Of a stretch of 61,601 bases of DNA, positions 39,968-52,267 are shown piece after piece. The position numbers were made by a program, and so were the translations under genes. Location: NCBI RefSeq assembly GCF_000485595.1, contig NW_014577070.1:1082771-1144371 (forward strand), given 5' to 3'. The notes beneath the pieces are model-generated. The model was not told the DNA's origin. It saw only the letters and a program-made list of their open reading frames with translations, and did not search any database. Position 1 is the first letter of the stretch. Each line of letters opens with the position of its first letter. Origin of the DNA: Priapulus caudatus (Eukaryota).

Positions 39968-42556
39968 TGGCGGGGTGGTATCGTGTGGAGCGCGTTGGCC
40001 GTGTCGCTCGTTTATTTTAATGTGGGTTATGCCTCTCGATGCATGTAACGGCGTGTGGCGCGTGTGATGTGACGTGCGCTTTGCCTGTGCTGTGTGGATA
40101 ATTTATTATATGGGTCTAACGTACAAAGCACGCAAGTGGGTGCGGTGTATTTCTAGTAAATTAGTAGCCACCTGTTATTGTAGAAAGAATGGAAAGATGG
40201 CGGAAGATTGTAGATGCGGGGAGAAAAGGTGGATAGGAAGTTAAACATGCACATCAATCAAAACACGCGCGCACGCAAGCAGCTAATCGACTTCAAACGA
40301 ACGGCCTTGCAATCGGCGGTCAGCTTCAGCCGTGTAGACCGGCTTCTGGAACCCGATCTCGTGTCGCAGTGACCGGGTCCTGAGTTACCACACCCGTTTA
40401 TGGCTGGCGTTTGCGAAACGCTATCCCGCAAACACCCGCACTCCAGCGCGCCACGCCCGCTGATCCAATCATCGATCGGTATTAAAAGGACGAGCGTAAA
40501 GACATATCATGCTTATTTATCTTCTACATTTCGTCGCGACGGCCTTTATCTTCGGCGCATAGCTTCTTGGCGGCTACGCTGTCCGGTTGCTCTGTCTGCC
40601 GACAGCGAGGCGCTGCGAGCCAACGACGGCCCGCCATCTTGGCTCGTGAAGCATGGCGCTGGGCCTGCTCTTCGGCAATTGTCTTTTTTTTTCTCGCATT
40701 ATTTTTATTGTAACTGACCCTGATTTTTGTATCGCGTGACCTATATGGTTTGCAAAATGCTTTGGTGTTGTAATTGTTGGTACATAGTGTATGCCGTCGT
40801 TAGCTACTGATCTCTTCACCTTCACGGTTGCTAGATGGCGGGCCATACGACATGTCGCACAGTCATGGTCGCACACACACACATGGGACACACAACACAC
40901 ACAACACACAACATACACACAATACACACACCAGCCGACACACACAGCACACACATGCACACACCACACAACACACACACAGGCACCCAACACATACTAC
41001 ACAGCACACACACACACACACACACACAAACTCACAACACCACACATACATACACACACAACACACACACACACACACACACACATACACTACATCACAC
41101 ACACACACACACACAACACACAAGCGACAACACACCTCACACACACACGACACAACACAGGCGACACACACACAGACGCACACAACAGCACACACACACA
41201 CAACACACACACCGACACACACAGGCCCCACGACAACGCGCGCGCGTTACATGCCCAACGAAGAATGACGCAGGTTAGTTCAGAGCGCGTAAAAAAAAAG
41301 ACAAAACACAAAAACCAATGCATGCAAAAACTGACAAGAATCGCAATGCATCGCAATCATCACAATCATCGACGCCTAATGCACGCGTCATCAATGCAAT
41401 CGCGATCATTGCAATTATCGGCAGAAAGCAAAATGATAAAGAGAGATAAAATGAAACAGACTAAACATGCAGGTGTGGATAAACATTTCCCTGGTAATAA
41501 AGTTTTGCAACCGGTTATACCTGTCACTCACTAAAAGTGGTCAGCGTGTCGCATAAAAGGTAACTTTTGTGCGTTTGCATTTGCGTGACGCGTTATGTAC
41601 AGGGTTGACTACACGTCTCCTAGCGGCAGCAAGGCATGTGTAAATATTAAGAAGGATACGTGGGGTTGTGGTAAAGGCCCGAAAATGGGCGTATATGATG
41701 TTAAGGGTATAATAACATTGATTTCAGATTATAGTTGCCAAGCTGATTGTTAATTTTTGAGCCGTAACGCGCCATTATAATAGAGAATGCCAAGAATGCC
41801 GCCGCACGACTGCAAAAATCTATTAATTGCGGCTATCTTCGTAAAATAGCTTGGCACTACGTATCATCCTAAAATCATTTAGTAACGCCTTAACATCATA
41901 TACTGGCCAATTTGTGGCGTTTACCACAAAACCCCACAATTCTTTTCACAAGTTGATTCCGCTGGCCAATCCCATGCAGTACTGCGAAGCGAATATGCTC
42001 AGCAGCCTTAACACTCTCTCAACGACGCACTATCAGTTCCTCTCTAGAACAGTCAATGCGGCATAGTCGGCGTGGACGTTACTTAGTACCTCAGAACGAG
42101 ACCGAAGGAGGTCGAGATTTATGTCCACGAGCTTGTTGTGTACACGGGGCAGGTTTTTTTAATAGCGCTAATACGCACATCCGGTCCACCCGCTCATTCG
42201 AAGTTTACTGTTGTTCCGCGTGTTTTACGGCAGGGCCTGGATTAGGTCTAGTGCGGGGTCTGTAGCATATGTTATAAAGGGGCCATCAAATTTAAAAAAA
42301 TAATGGAGAACGACATAATATTTAACAGATTAATTCTAAATCTAATACAGATTTGAATAAATTTACCTGATAACCAACAACTGCTGCCAGGACTCATTAG
42401 TTGTCATTAATGTTTACGGGTATACTAAAATTAATACTTTTTTATAATAACGAAAATTTAACTAGTTAGGTAGTTCATGATATTACGGGCCCCCCTAACG
42501 CACGGGGCCCGTAGCAAATGCGTATTTTCTACTTATTGTTTTAATCCCCCGGTAAT
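39968..42556 (+). repeat. Copy 2 of the 2.6-kb direct duplication
   Basis: Same sequence as 27236-29824; a third, differently noisy version lies at ~43560-45010. Confidence 0.92.
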
Positions 42557-45391
42557 NNNNNNNNNNTATCCCTCCAAAGCGTGCAGTATTCTCACCGAAC
42601 GCGATTTTTCTTGATTCGTAAAGTGACTTTTGGTGCAATTTCTCAAAAGTTAGTGTGCGAAGAAACTCACCGGCATTCATCGGAAACCCCACCGAAATTT
42701 GAAGATCGACAATCCGCATGCGCTACACTACCACACACCAAGCCATTGGGCTCGCGGTGCTATAACACCATGCCATAGCACTGCGCGCCACAGCTGTGAG
42801 TTGTGAGCTGTCGAGGTGTGATGGTGCGTGTGGTGTGGTGTGCGTGTTGCGTGTGCGTGGTCATGTGTGTGCGCGGCTCATGTGTATATAAATGTGGTGA
42901 TGGTGTGCGTGGGTGCTGGGGTGTGTGATTGCGCGTGCGCATGCGTATGTGTGTGAATCGGTGTGTGCGTGCGTGCGCGCTGTGTTCTTTTTTTCGTGCA
43001 ATATTTGAACGGGAGAGTGTAACGTGTGCCCGGCTACCCGCCTCCCAATGCGCTGACATTTTTAGACGCCGTCTCGGATTGTCTACGAGCACACACATTA
43101 CAAACTATATTTACTTATACTTTTAAAATTGTGTTAAACTATTACTGTGTTTTCTAAGCCGTTTTAATATACATATAGCTATACTAATGTGGATTAAAGG
43201 TATATATAATAGCGCATTTAATTAGTGGGCCTTCAAACCTAGTAGTCCAAGCCACACTAAACGCACGCTCGGAACGCACGCACGCACGCAACCGGCACGG
43301 CACACACGCCACAAACCAAGACATTGCTGGTGCGGTGTATAAACAGCCAATCACTGCCTGCGCCAGCTGTGAGAGCGAAAATTTAAGACAGACCCGCACA
43401 AGAGGTACGGCTGCGAGTGTGATGCTGTTGGTGTATGTGTAGGTGCGTGCGCGTGTGGCTGCGTGTGCGTGCTGCGTTGTATGTATTGCGTGTGTGTGGC
43501 GTGTGCGTGTATGTGTTTGCGCGCTCGTGTGTGGTGTAAATTGGTAATGCGTGTGCGTGGGTGCGCGTGTGATTGTGCCGTGCGATGCCTGTCTGTGTGG
43601 ATAATTTATATATGGTCTAACGTACAAACACGCAAGTGGGTGCGGGTGTATTCTCTAGTATTAGTACCACCCTGTTATTTAGAAGAAGGAAAGATGGCGG
43701 AAGATGTAGAGCGGGAGAGAAGGTGGAAGGAGGTTAAACATGACATCATCAAACACGCCGCACGCAACAGCTAACGACTCAAACGAACGGCCTTGCAAAT
43801 TCCCGTCAGCTTAGCCGTTAACCTTTTGAACGATTCCTTGCATCCGGCTATTCCACACCGTTTATGCTGCGTTTGCGAAAACGCTATCCGCAACCACCCG
43901 CATCCAGCGCCACCGCTGTCCATCATCGCATCGGTATTAAAGGACGTAGCGTAAAAGACATATCATGCTTATTTATCTTCTACATTTCCCACGCTTTCTT
44001 CGGCGCATAGCTTTCTTTGCGTACGCCTTCGGTTGCTCTGCTGCCACACAGCGAGCCTGCTAGCCAAGACGGCCCATCTTGGCTCGTGAACTTGGCGCTG
44101 GGGCCGCTCTTCGCAATTTCTTTTTTTTCTCATTATTTTTATTGTTACTGATTTTTGTATCGTGCCTATATGTTTGCCAAATGTTTGGTGTTGTAATTTG
44201 TACATATTATGCCGTGTTACTACTATCTCTCACTTCAAACGGTGCTAGATGGCGCATGACATGTTGCCCCAGTATGTCGCACAACACACCGGAAACACAC
44301 AAACCTACACACATAACAACAACACACACACACACACACACCAACAAACAAACACACGACACATACCACAACACACACACAAGCAACCAACACACAATCA
44401 CAACACGAATAATACACACCCACAACACCACACACACACACAATCTACATACATACACACACACACACACACACCACACACACCACACACCAACACCAAC
44501 ACAAAACACCACACACGCACACACACACACCAACACCACACACACACACACACGCGCGCGCGTTTACATCCACAGATACGGCAGGTTAGTTCAGAGCCGC
44601 GTAAAAAAAACAAAAACACAAAACAAGCATCAAAAAACCACAGAATCGCATTCATCGCAATCATCAATTTATAGCTAATCAACGCGTCATCATCAATCGC
44701 GATCATTGCAATTATCGCCGAAAGGCCAAAATGGTAAAAGAGCAGATAAATGAAAACTAAATGCCATGTGTGCGATAACTTCTTCTGAATAAAAGTTTTT
44801 CAACCGGTTTACCTGTCACTATAAAGTGCGTCACCTGTCTCCATAAAGGGTAATTCTTGGTCGTTTGCATTGGTGACCGTTATGTACAGGGTTGATATCA
44901 GTCTCCCTAGCGCGAGAAGGCATGCTGTTAAGATTTACGAAGGATCGCTGGGTTGTGGTAAAGGCACGAAATGCGGCGTACTATGATGTTAGGGTATACC
45001 AAATGATTTAGATATGTGCAAGCTATTTAGTATTCGGGACGTTCAGAAGGGGCCCCAGCTCGATTCGCGTGAGAATACGTGGCACGGTTTCGGAGGAGAC
45101 ACGGAAAACGACACTTCGGCTCTTTCTACTATTATATTATATATGATTATTATATATATTCGTAATTGTTTTATACCGGTTATTGACTACAATAGGCCAG
45201 CATGGATTCGTACTATGCATAAACAGATACTGAAATCGCTGTATTTTTACCAAAATGGGTCGCCGGTTTTCTGCTAACCCCTTTATCATATCATACGTTT
45301 AAATCATAGTTAAAGTGCAGCAATAATGCGAAACCTCTGTCGCATATATCGCATACAGTTTCTGTGTCACATAGCTGCTGCTACTGCTGCT

Positions 45392-45441
45392 TTTGTTGTT
45401 GTTGTTGTTGTTGTTGTCGTCGTCGTCGTCGTCGTCGTCGT

Positions 45442-45493
<52 letters not shown>

Positions 45494-45566
45494 ATTGTCG
45501 TCGTCGTCGTCGTTGTTGTTGTTGTTGTTGTTGTTGTTGTTATTGTTGTTGTCATCGTCGTTGTTA
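45392..45566 (+). repeat. Compound (GTT)n/(GTC)n microsatellite
   Basis: Direct inspection. Confidence 0.95.
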
Positions 45567-46159
45567 TGTGCGTTACTCTTTATCTTGCTGTTTCATTTCT
45601 AATTTTTTGTTAGTTTTCCAGCCAATCGTAACAACTAAACTTGATATGTCGCATAGAGTCACGCAAAGACAATTAAAATTCAAAAGTAGGAATATTTGTG
45701 CGAATGAATTTTATTGAATTTGTAAAAAGGCGGAGAACTACCAAACAATTGTAATCGTTTTGAGGTTTATTGCCAAACGTTTTGAGGATGTTATTGTTAT
45801 GTTTTGAGGAAATACGAAGAATCACGGAAAGTTTAGGAAACATTACGTGTACGATCATATTGACATTGTATTACAGGGCCGAATCACAGAATGTTTTAAT
45901 GTCATAACTATTGATAAGCATCGCAGAATTTCACAATCACTGAGCAGACTTTTACGGTAACGAACACAGTATTATAACAAATAATGCATGCATATTATGT
46001 ACTGCTACCGACAGAATGCTCGTTACTCGTGAAATTATGTCAATAATGCTCGTATGCAACGAATCCTAGAACCATTACACCACAAAATTTCTGCATCGTG
46101 TTACAGCGATGGTCAGCTGTGCGGAAACAGATAGTCGTAGAACGTTGGGAATCCCCTTC

Positions 46160-47441
46160 TTACAGCTTGCCTCTGTACGCGAAGTCAATGTTCTTGATGT
46201 GCTGCGCCAGCCTGTAATGAAAACCAAAATTAACCTGCGTATTCTTGTGGATGTAACGGTAGTAGTGCGCAATGTGTTGTGTGTGGAAAGTGGTGTGCGG
46301 GTTGTGCGTGATGGATTGTGTGTGTGCGATGCGCCGGTTGGTGTTGGCGTGTGTGTGGTCTGTGCGTTGTGATGTGATGTTGCGCGGCGTATGTTTGTGG
46401 AATGTGTGGTGTGTGTGTGTGTGTTTGGTGTGTGATGTGTGTGTGGTGTGTGTGTGTGTGCGCGTGTGTGGCGTTGTGTGCGTGTGTGTGTCTTGTGCGT
46501 TGTGTGGCGCGTATGTGTGTGCTGTGTGTCGTGGAATTAGTGGTGCGATCTGTGTGTGTGTGTGTGATGTATGGAATTGTGATTGTGTGAGTGTGTTGTG
46601 ACTGTTATGTGTATGTGTGTGTGTGTTGTGTACTGTGTGGTGTGTGTGTGTGTGTGTGTGTGTGTGTGGTGTGGTAGTGTGGTGTGTGTGTGTGTTATGT
46701 GTGTGTGTGTGTGTAGGGTGTTGTGTGTGTGTGTGTGTGTGTGGTGTGAGGTGTGTGTGAGTGTGTGTGGGCGTGTGTGGCGCGCGCGTGTCCAACTAGT
46801 GTGGTGTGTGCGTGTGTGTGTCTGTGCGATGTGTGTGTGTGCGCGCGTATATATATATATATATGAATGTGTGTGTGTGTGTGTGTTGTGATGTGTGTGT
46901 GTGTTGTATTGTGTGTGTGTATGTGTGTGTGTTGTGTGTGTGTGATGTGTGCGCAGACGCGCGCGTGTGTGTATCGTGTGTGGTGTGTGTGTGTGCGAGG
47001 AGCGTCGATCCGCTAGTGTGGGTGTGTGTGGTCTGTGCGTGTGTGTGTGTCGCGCGCGTATGTGTGTGTGTTGGTGTGTGTAGTGTGTGTGTGAGCTGTG
47101 GTGGTGTGTGTAGTGTGTGTGTGGTGTGGAGGCTGTGTGTGTTGTGTGTGTGGCGCAGCGTGGTGGATGCTTGTGCGCTGTGTGCGTGTGTGTGTCTGTG
47201 CGGTGTGTGTGTGTTGCGCGCGCGATATTGTGTGATGACTGTGTGTGTGTGTGTGTGTGTGTGTGTCGTGTATTGTGTGTGTGTGTTAGTGTGTGTGTGT
47301 TGTGTGTGTGTGTGTGGGTGTGTGGGATGTGTGTGTGTGTGCGCGCGTGTGTGCGTGGTTGCGTGTGTGTGTCTGGTTGGTGTGGTGTGTGCGCGCGTAT
47401 ATGTGTGTGTATGTGTATGTGTTGTGTTGTGGCTGTGTGTG

Positions 47442-47482
<41 letters not shown>

Positions 47483-47527
47483 TGTGTGTGTGGTGTGTTG
47501 TGCGTGTGTGTGTGTGTGTGTTGTGTG

Positions 47528-47592
<65 letters not shown>

Positions 47593-47783
47593 CTAATTAT
47601 AACTAAACGTACCAGTTCTTGCAGTAGAATACTTCCTGTCGGACCCGGGGTGGTCAGCTTGGAGAGATGCGGCAATGAATCGTCGTTGGATCTCCTTGTG
47701 CTCTTGAAGCCGGAGTAGTTGGCACCTGCTCATGATGCCCTGGTCAACGCCATAAAGTAGAAATTTATAACCTTATATGGTAG

Positions 47784-47830
<47 letters not shown>

Positions 47831-48009
47831 ATAGTTCATTGCTAACTTAGTGTAGCAATTTCTTAACAAAAACTTTTTTTACAAGAATTTGTTTTGTTTT
47901 TTTATAAACAATTATAATGGCAACACAAACCAAGCTAAATCCCCGTGGGGTAGCACAGTCGAGCTGTGTCCCGTAGAGGCTTCCAGGCTCTTCTTCATAC
48001 ATGTCCTTA

Positions 48010-48041
<32 letters not shown>

Positions 48042-48572
48042 GCCCGTATTATGTCCTGACGGAGTGTGTGTAATAGCTACAGTGATATGCCGACACATTT
48101 GACCTACCTGCTCGTAGTTGAAGTGACCAACCATCAGATCCTGGCATTTCTTCAGCGCGGCCTTTGAGTCGCGGTTGGTACCAATAGAAAACAGGCTCTG
48201 GAAGAGACCCTTGTGCTCATCGTCCAGGCGTTCGTACTGAAAGCAAAAACAATATTATAATATTGTTAATCGTATAAGCCTGCGACTTCCGATTTCTTCC
48301 GTTTTCAAATTCAAGTAGCCTCGCGCTCTTATGCCTTCACGCTACTTTATATTATAATGTTTATAGCTATCGTGCCATTATGATGTAGTACTAGAAATGC
48401 GTGCTAACGGAGATAACAAATAATACGAGAGAACAACATAAAGTCAACTTAATGTTTTTACAGCGTTGTATTATTGCGTTTGTAAACCAGCAGCTTAGTG
48501 GAATATTCTACTTACGAACACCATGAAGCTGGTATCCCATCTGTATGGCTCGGGGACTGCGTAGTTCACCAT
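46160..48572 (-). CDS. Hr: Hemerythrin A2 (paralog of A1); exon 3 has indels, probably read errors
   Basis: complement(join(46160..46211,47613..47739,48108..48236,48516..48572)): MVNYAVPEPYRWDTSFMVF/YERLDDEHKGLFQSLFSIGTNRDSKAALKKCQDLMVGHFNYEQ/GIMS..NYSGFK..HKEI..FIA..LSKLTTP..EVFYCKNW (frameshifted)/LAQHIKNIDFAYRGKL*. Confidence 0.9.
46270..47587 (+). repeat. Degenerate (TG)n tract in A2 intron 3
   Basis: 1.3 kb of interrupted TG repeats; length possibly inflated by read error. Confidence 0.9.
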
Positions 48573-48578
48573 CTTGCT

Positions 48579-48653
48579 TACTGTGCTGACTGAACACGAG
48601 TAGAATCTCTGAGAACCAGGATGACGATCAAGCGGCACACTTCACCTTTTATA
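48579..48653 (-). promoter_or_regulatory. Hr A2 TATA box (48647-48653), Inr-like TCA (48622-48624) and 5' UTR hairpin (48579-48602)
   Basis: Minus strand reads cTATAAAAg ... gatcgTCAtcc ... UACU-C-GUGUU-CAGUC-AGCAC-AGUA ... AUG. Confidence 0.6.
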
Positions 48654-51137
48654 GGAAGATTGGACCACAGAACTGCCTTCATTATCCAGGGGAAGGGGGG
48701 TCATCGCAGATATTGGCTTGATTAGAGAATAAAGGTTTTAGTCTTCACAGCGGGGTTACCTTTCTCACGTAACGTTTCACAATCGGTGTTAATTGACGTG
48801 CCAATGACAAAGTATTCAAAATCGAATAAAGAGAGTTTTGAATTTGTGAAAGACTTAAAATATCGCTTGTAAGTCGACATCCCTTTCGACTGGAATGCGA
48901 CGATTTTCGCCATCTGTCGTAGGATGGTCGCTGCCTACATGCATAATCTCACGTACACGCACGATATCGTCGACCACAGGAAACCGACCAGCCGACAATT
49001 TTAATTACTAGACAAAAAAGATTAAAATCGAGGTCCGCTTTTACGATTAGAATCACGGCACGAAAGCGACACGTGTTCGAAAAAGCCTTATTAGTTCTTT
49101 TTGCACGATCTTTGCTAAAAATTATAATACTGAACCCTCGCAATCACCTTACATGCGTGGTATTGAATGATGATACATATATATGTGCATCTTACTGTCA
49201 CTTTCAACGCTTAATTGGCGTCTTCAATAGATAGGGCAACCCCCACATATGTTAGATTAAATCCTGTTAATATTTTTTTTAACGAAATCGTCGATTCCTT
49301 TAAAATAAATTTGATTAACTCGTTATGGTTGTATGATTTGTATTTGTTATTAACTAAGTCGTAATTGTTCTACATGTCTCAGTAGTTTCCCGCACAGAAC
49401 GAAATTACCATTGCTTTTGTAATAACTATTCCGAGTCGACAATAAGTAACTATTTAATCCTAACTAGATTTTAGACCAATATAGACAACAATGCATCTGT
49501 GTTTTTATGAGAAGAAAGAAAATTGGAGTAAAAAAATCGAAACACTGATAACAGAAATGTTTATTCTTCTATTATAGGTCGGTCTATTACCTGCGCTATT
49601 TTCGCACACCGGTCACTCACAGTGAGTCCGATCAGTCACCGTGATTCCGGAACACACACGAGCGATTTGGGTTGTTATCATAACAGGTGATTAAATTGTT
49701 AAAGAAAAACATTTACTATCAATAGAAACTCTAACACTTAATGAGTTAATCCGATTGAACTATCTTGACTTTGCATTGAAAGGCATCGTTTTGTTAACAA
49801 GCTGTTTTAGGCTCGTTATGAGTATATTACATATTAAACTTACAGAAACCTATCACTACCAATTAAAACACAACCCCGCTAAGCTAACGTCATAGCGTGA
49901 GCATACTCAGGCTTAGAGAGCAGTAATATGTTTTGTTAATTCACAGCGGATCGGTGAAACATAAATGAATCTGAACGCGTGTACTCCCTTATTAACTGCG
50001 TGTGATTGATAATCGCCCTGATTTACTCTTATTCATAGTTGAATTTTTCAGTGGAGCGGGGAGGAAGCGTATCCTGTCTGGAGATAGTCACTGAATTACT
50101 AGATTGGTCATACGCAAATCGTAAATGGCTAAGCAGGAACACACGCAGACAAGGGCAACGATGGGTGAATTAAATAGTGGAGGCGCCTGTTACATCTATT
50201 TATTATAATTTCGGCAGACAATGAAATAATAAAAACGTTACTTTATCGCCTTTGGCGTATGATTTACATACTCTTACACACATACGCAACGAATAATGTC
50301 AACAACCGATCAGTAGGTAATGGGAATCAATAATAACACGGTAACGGGTTATATGTGGATTTTTGGAGATAAAATTCTGTATCATCTTGATGATTTCGTA
50401 GTATTCTATATATTGGCTGTCAGACTATGTAAAGCTAAGTCAATCGGTGTCCAATCCTTTGGATTTTACTTTATTCTAACTGGGGGGATAAAAGCGGTTG
50501 GAGTAAGTAGACAATCTTTTCTAGTGAGTATACAGACAATAAACTTGCTTCTATCATAAGAATGAAAACTTTAGCACAATGATTTCTTTCGGGTGTATTA
50601 AATTAAAGGGTATGGCTGTAATGTTAATTTTCATAAAACCGAAAGAAAATATTATCATCTTTAAAAGATAACAATACTCACATTAGGACGTCATACTACG
50701 CCCTACTTTTGCGTATATGGATAATTTTATACAACGCATTTTATAGTTTTATAGTTAGCAATCTATGCACACTAATGTTGAAAAAGTATAGAAGGAAAGT
50801 AGGAGACTGTAGTAGTACACAATCGTATATTGTTAAGTTCAGCTATTTGCAAGTTACCGAAAAGCTATATTCACAAACATATGCTCTGGTTATATTAGTG
50901 GTAAGTAGCCGAGAACGAGCGGAAGCATGTAACAAACACAAACACGCAAAAGTACGAAAAATGCAACTATAGCTCCATCTATTACATCAAGTTGACTGCA
51001 AAGACACAGTGTTTGAATATCACTATTGTAATAAAATTCTATGCTCTCCTGCTCATATGACACGTGTCAAGTTAGCTGACATAACAGCGGCGTTACTGTA
51101 CCAGGTGGAATTAATACTATGCTAGACTTGTTTCATA

Positions 51138-51635
51138 AGCCGCGTTCACACGTAGCAAGAAATCCGGTATTTAGCGTTCACATCAGGCAAAATGCGCGGT
51201 CCAAGAAATACGGTATCTATACAGATCCGGTATTTCATGTAAATACGCGGCTTTCCAGACCCCGAATAATTTGCCGTGCTTGAGAAATACCGGATCTCTT
51301 GGATCGCGCATTTCCTCGTGTGAACGCTAAATACCGTATTTCTGAAGCCGTGTATTTTATAGACTGGTCAGGGCTCGACAGTTCCAGTGTAATGCGAGTG
51401 GAACTGTCGAGCGCGGACCAGTCTACGTATTTTATCGGACATGTGTGTGGCATTGCATTGTTTATTATTCGCACTTTGTTCGCGATTGATTCGTTAAAGC
51501 AGCCTCGCATGCTACGAAATACCTATTTCTAAGCCGCGAATCAGCGTGTGAAACGCTCGGCCGCGTATTTGTCTCAGATTCGGTATTTCGCAAATACCGT
51601 ATTTCATAAATACGAGGTCTCGTGTGAACGAGGCT
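51138..51635. mobile_element. Non-autonomous DNA transposon (MITE)
   Basis: Terminal inverted repeats agccgcgttcacacg / cgtgtgaacgaggct, TA on both sides, and internal repeats of aaatac(c)g(g)tattt. Confidence 0.65.
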
Positions 51636-52267
51636 TATAGGATAGTGTTCAAATTCCTTAGAGTCACAACGAGACGTTGACGAATACGAGGCTTCGATAA
51701 CGGGCAATGCCTGGATGGCAGTTATACTAGCTAGCGTTGTGAGCAAAAGAAACTATATGGTAGAAAAAAAGCGTATCGCTCTCGTGGCGTGATGCAAATT
51801 CAAAAAGTCCAGCCTAGATTTTAAATTTTTAGTTTGTTGTCGGTTTCCTGTGGCGAGAATTGATACGCGCCAGTACGTGGGCGTTTTATGCACGTAGGCA
51901 GCGAACCTCCCGAGCGATCGACGAAGTTGATCTAATTCTTGTGAAAAGGGGGGACGTTGGTTCATATGTAATATTTCATATCACAAAGGAATCGGCAGTA
52001 ATACGTCTAGCCGTAGCATTCGTGGTGTTTTTATCTGCGAGTCGCAACAACTGATATTTATCGATCGTAAGGCTACGCCAGTAATACGTAAACGCAAGTC
52101 TCGTTATCGGACGTGGGCACACGGTGCCCTGTCCAGTGAGCACGATTCTGTGCTGCGGGTCCATCATCCCTTCAACAAGACGACCGGAGCTCTTCAATCG
52201 GCACCCTTGCATTGCGTCCAAGATTCATCTGGTGTTCAGTCGCACAGTGGAAACAAACCAAGTCACC

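Noticed and set aside
43690..43774. Short protein-like ORF end MAEDVERERRWKEVKHDIIKHAARNS
   Set aside because: Lies in a repeated noisy segment, the frame is not kept in the other copies, and I recognise no domain.
47613..47739. A2 (and B2 exon 1, 52268-52323) as pseudogenes
   Set aside because: Indels are confined to locally noisy stretches, while the other exons and splice sites are intact.
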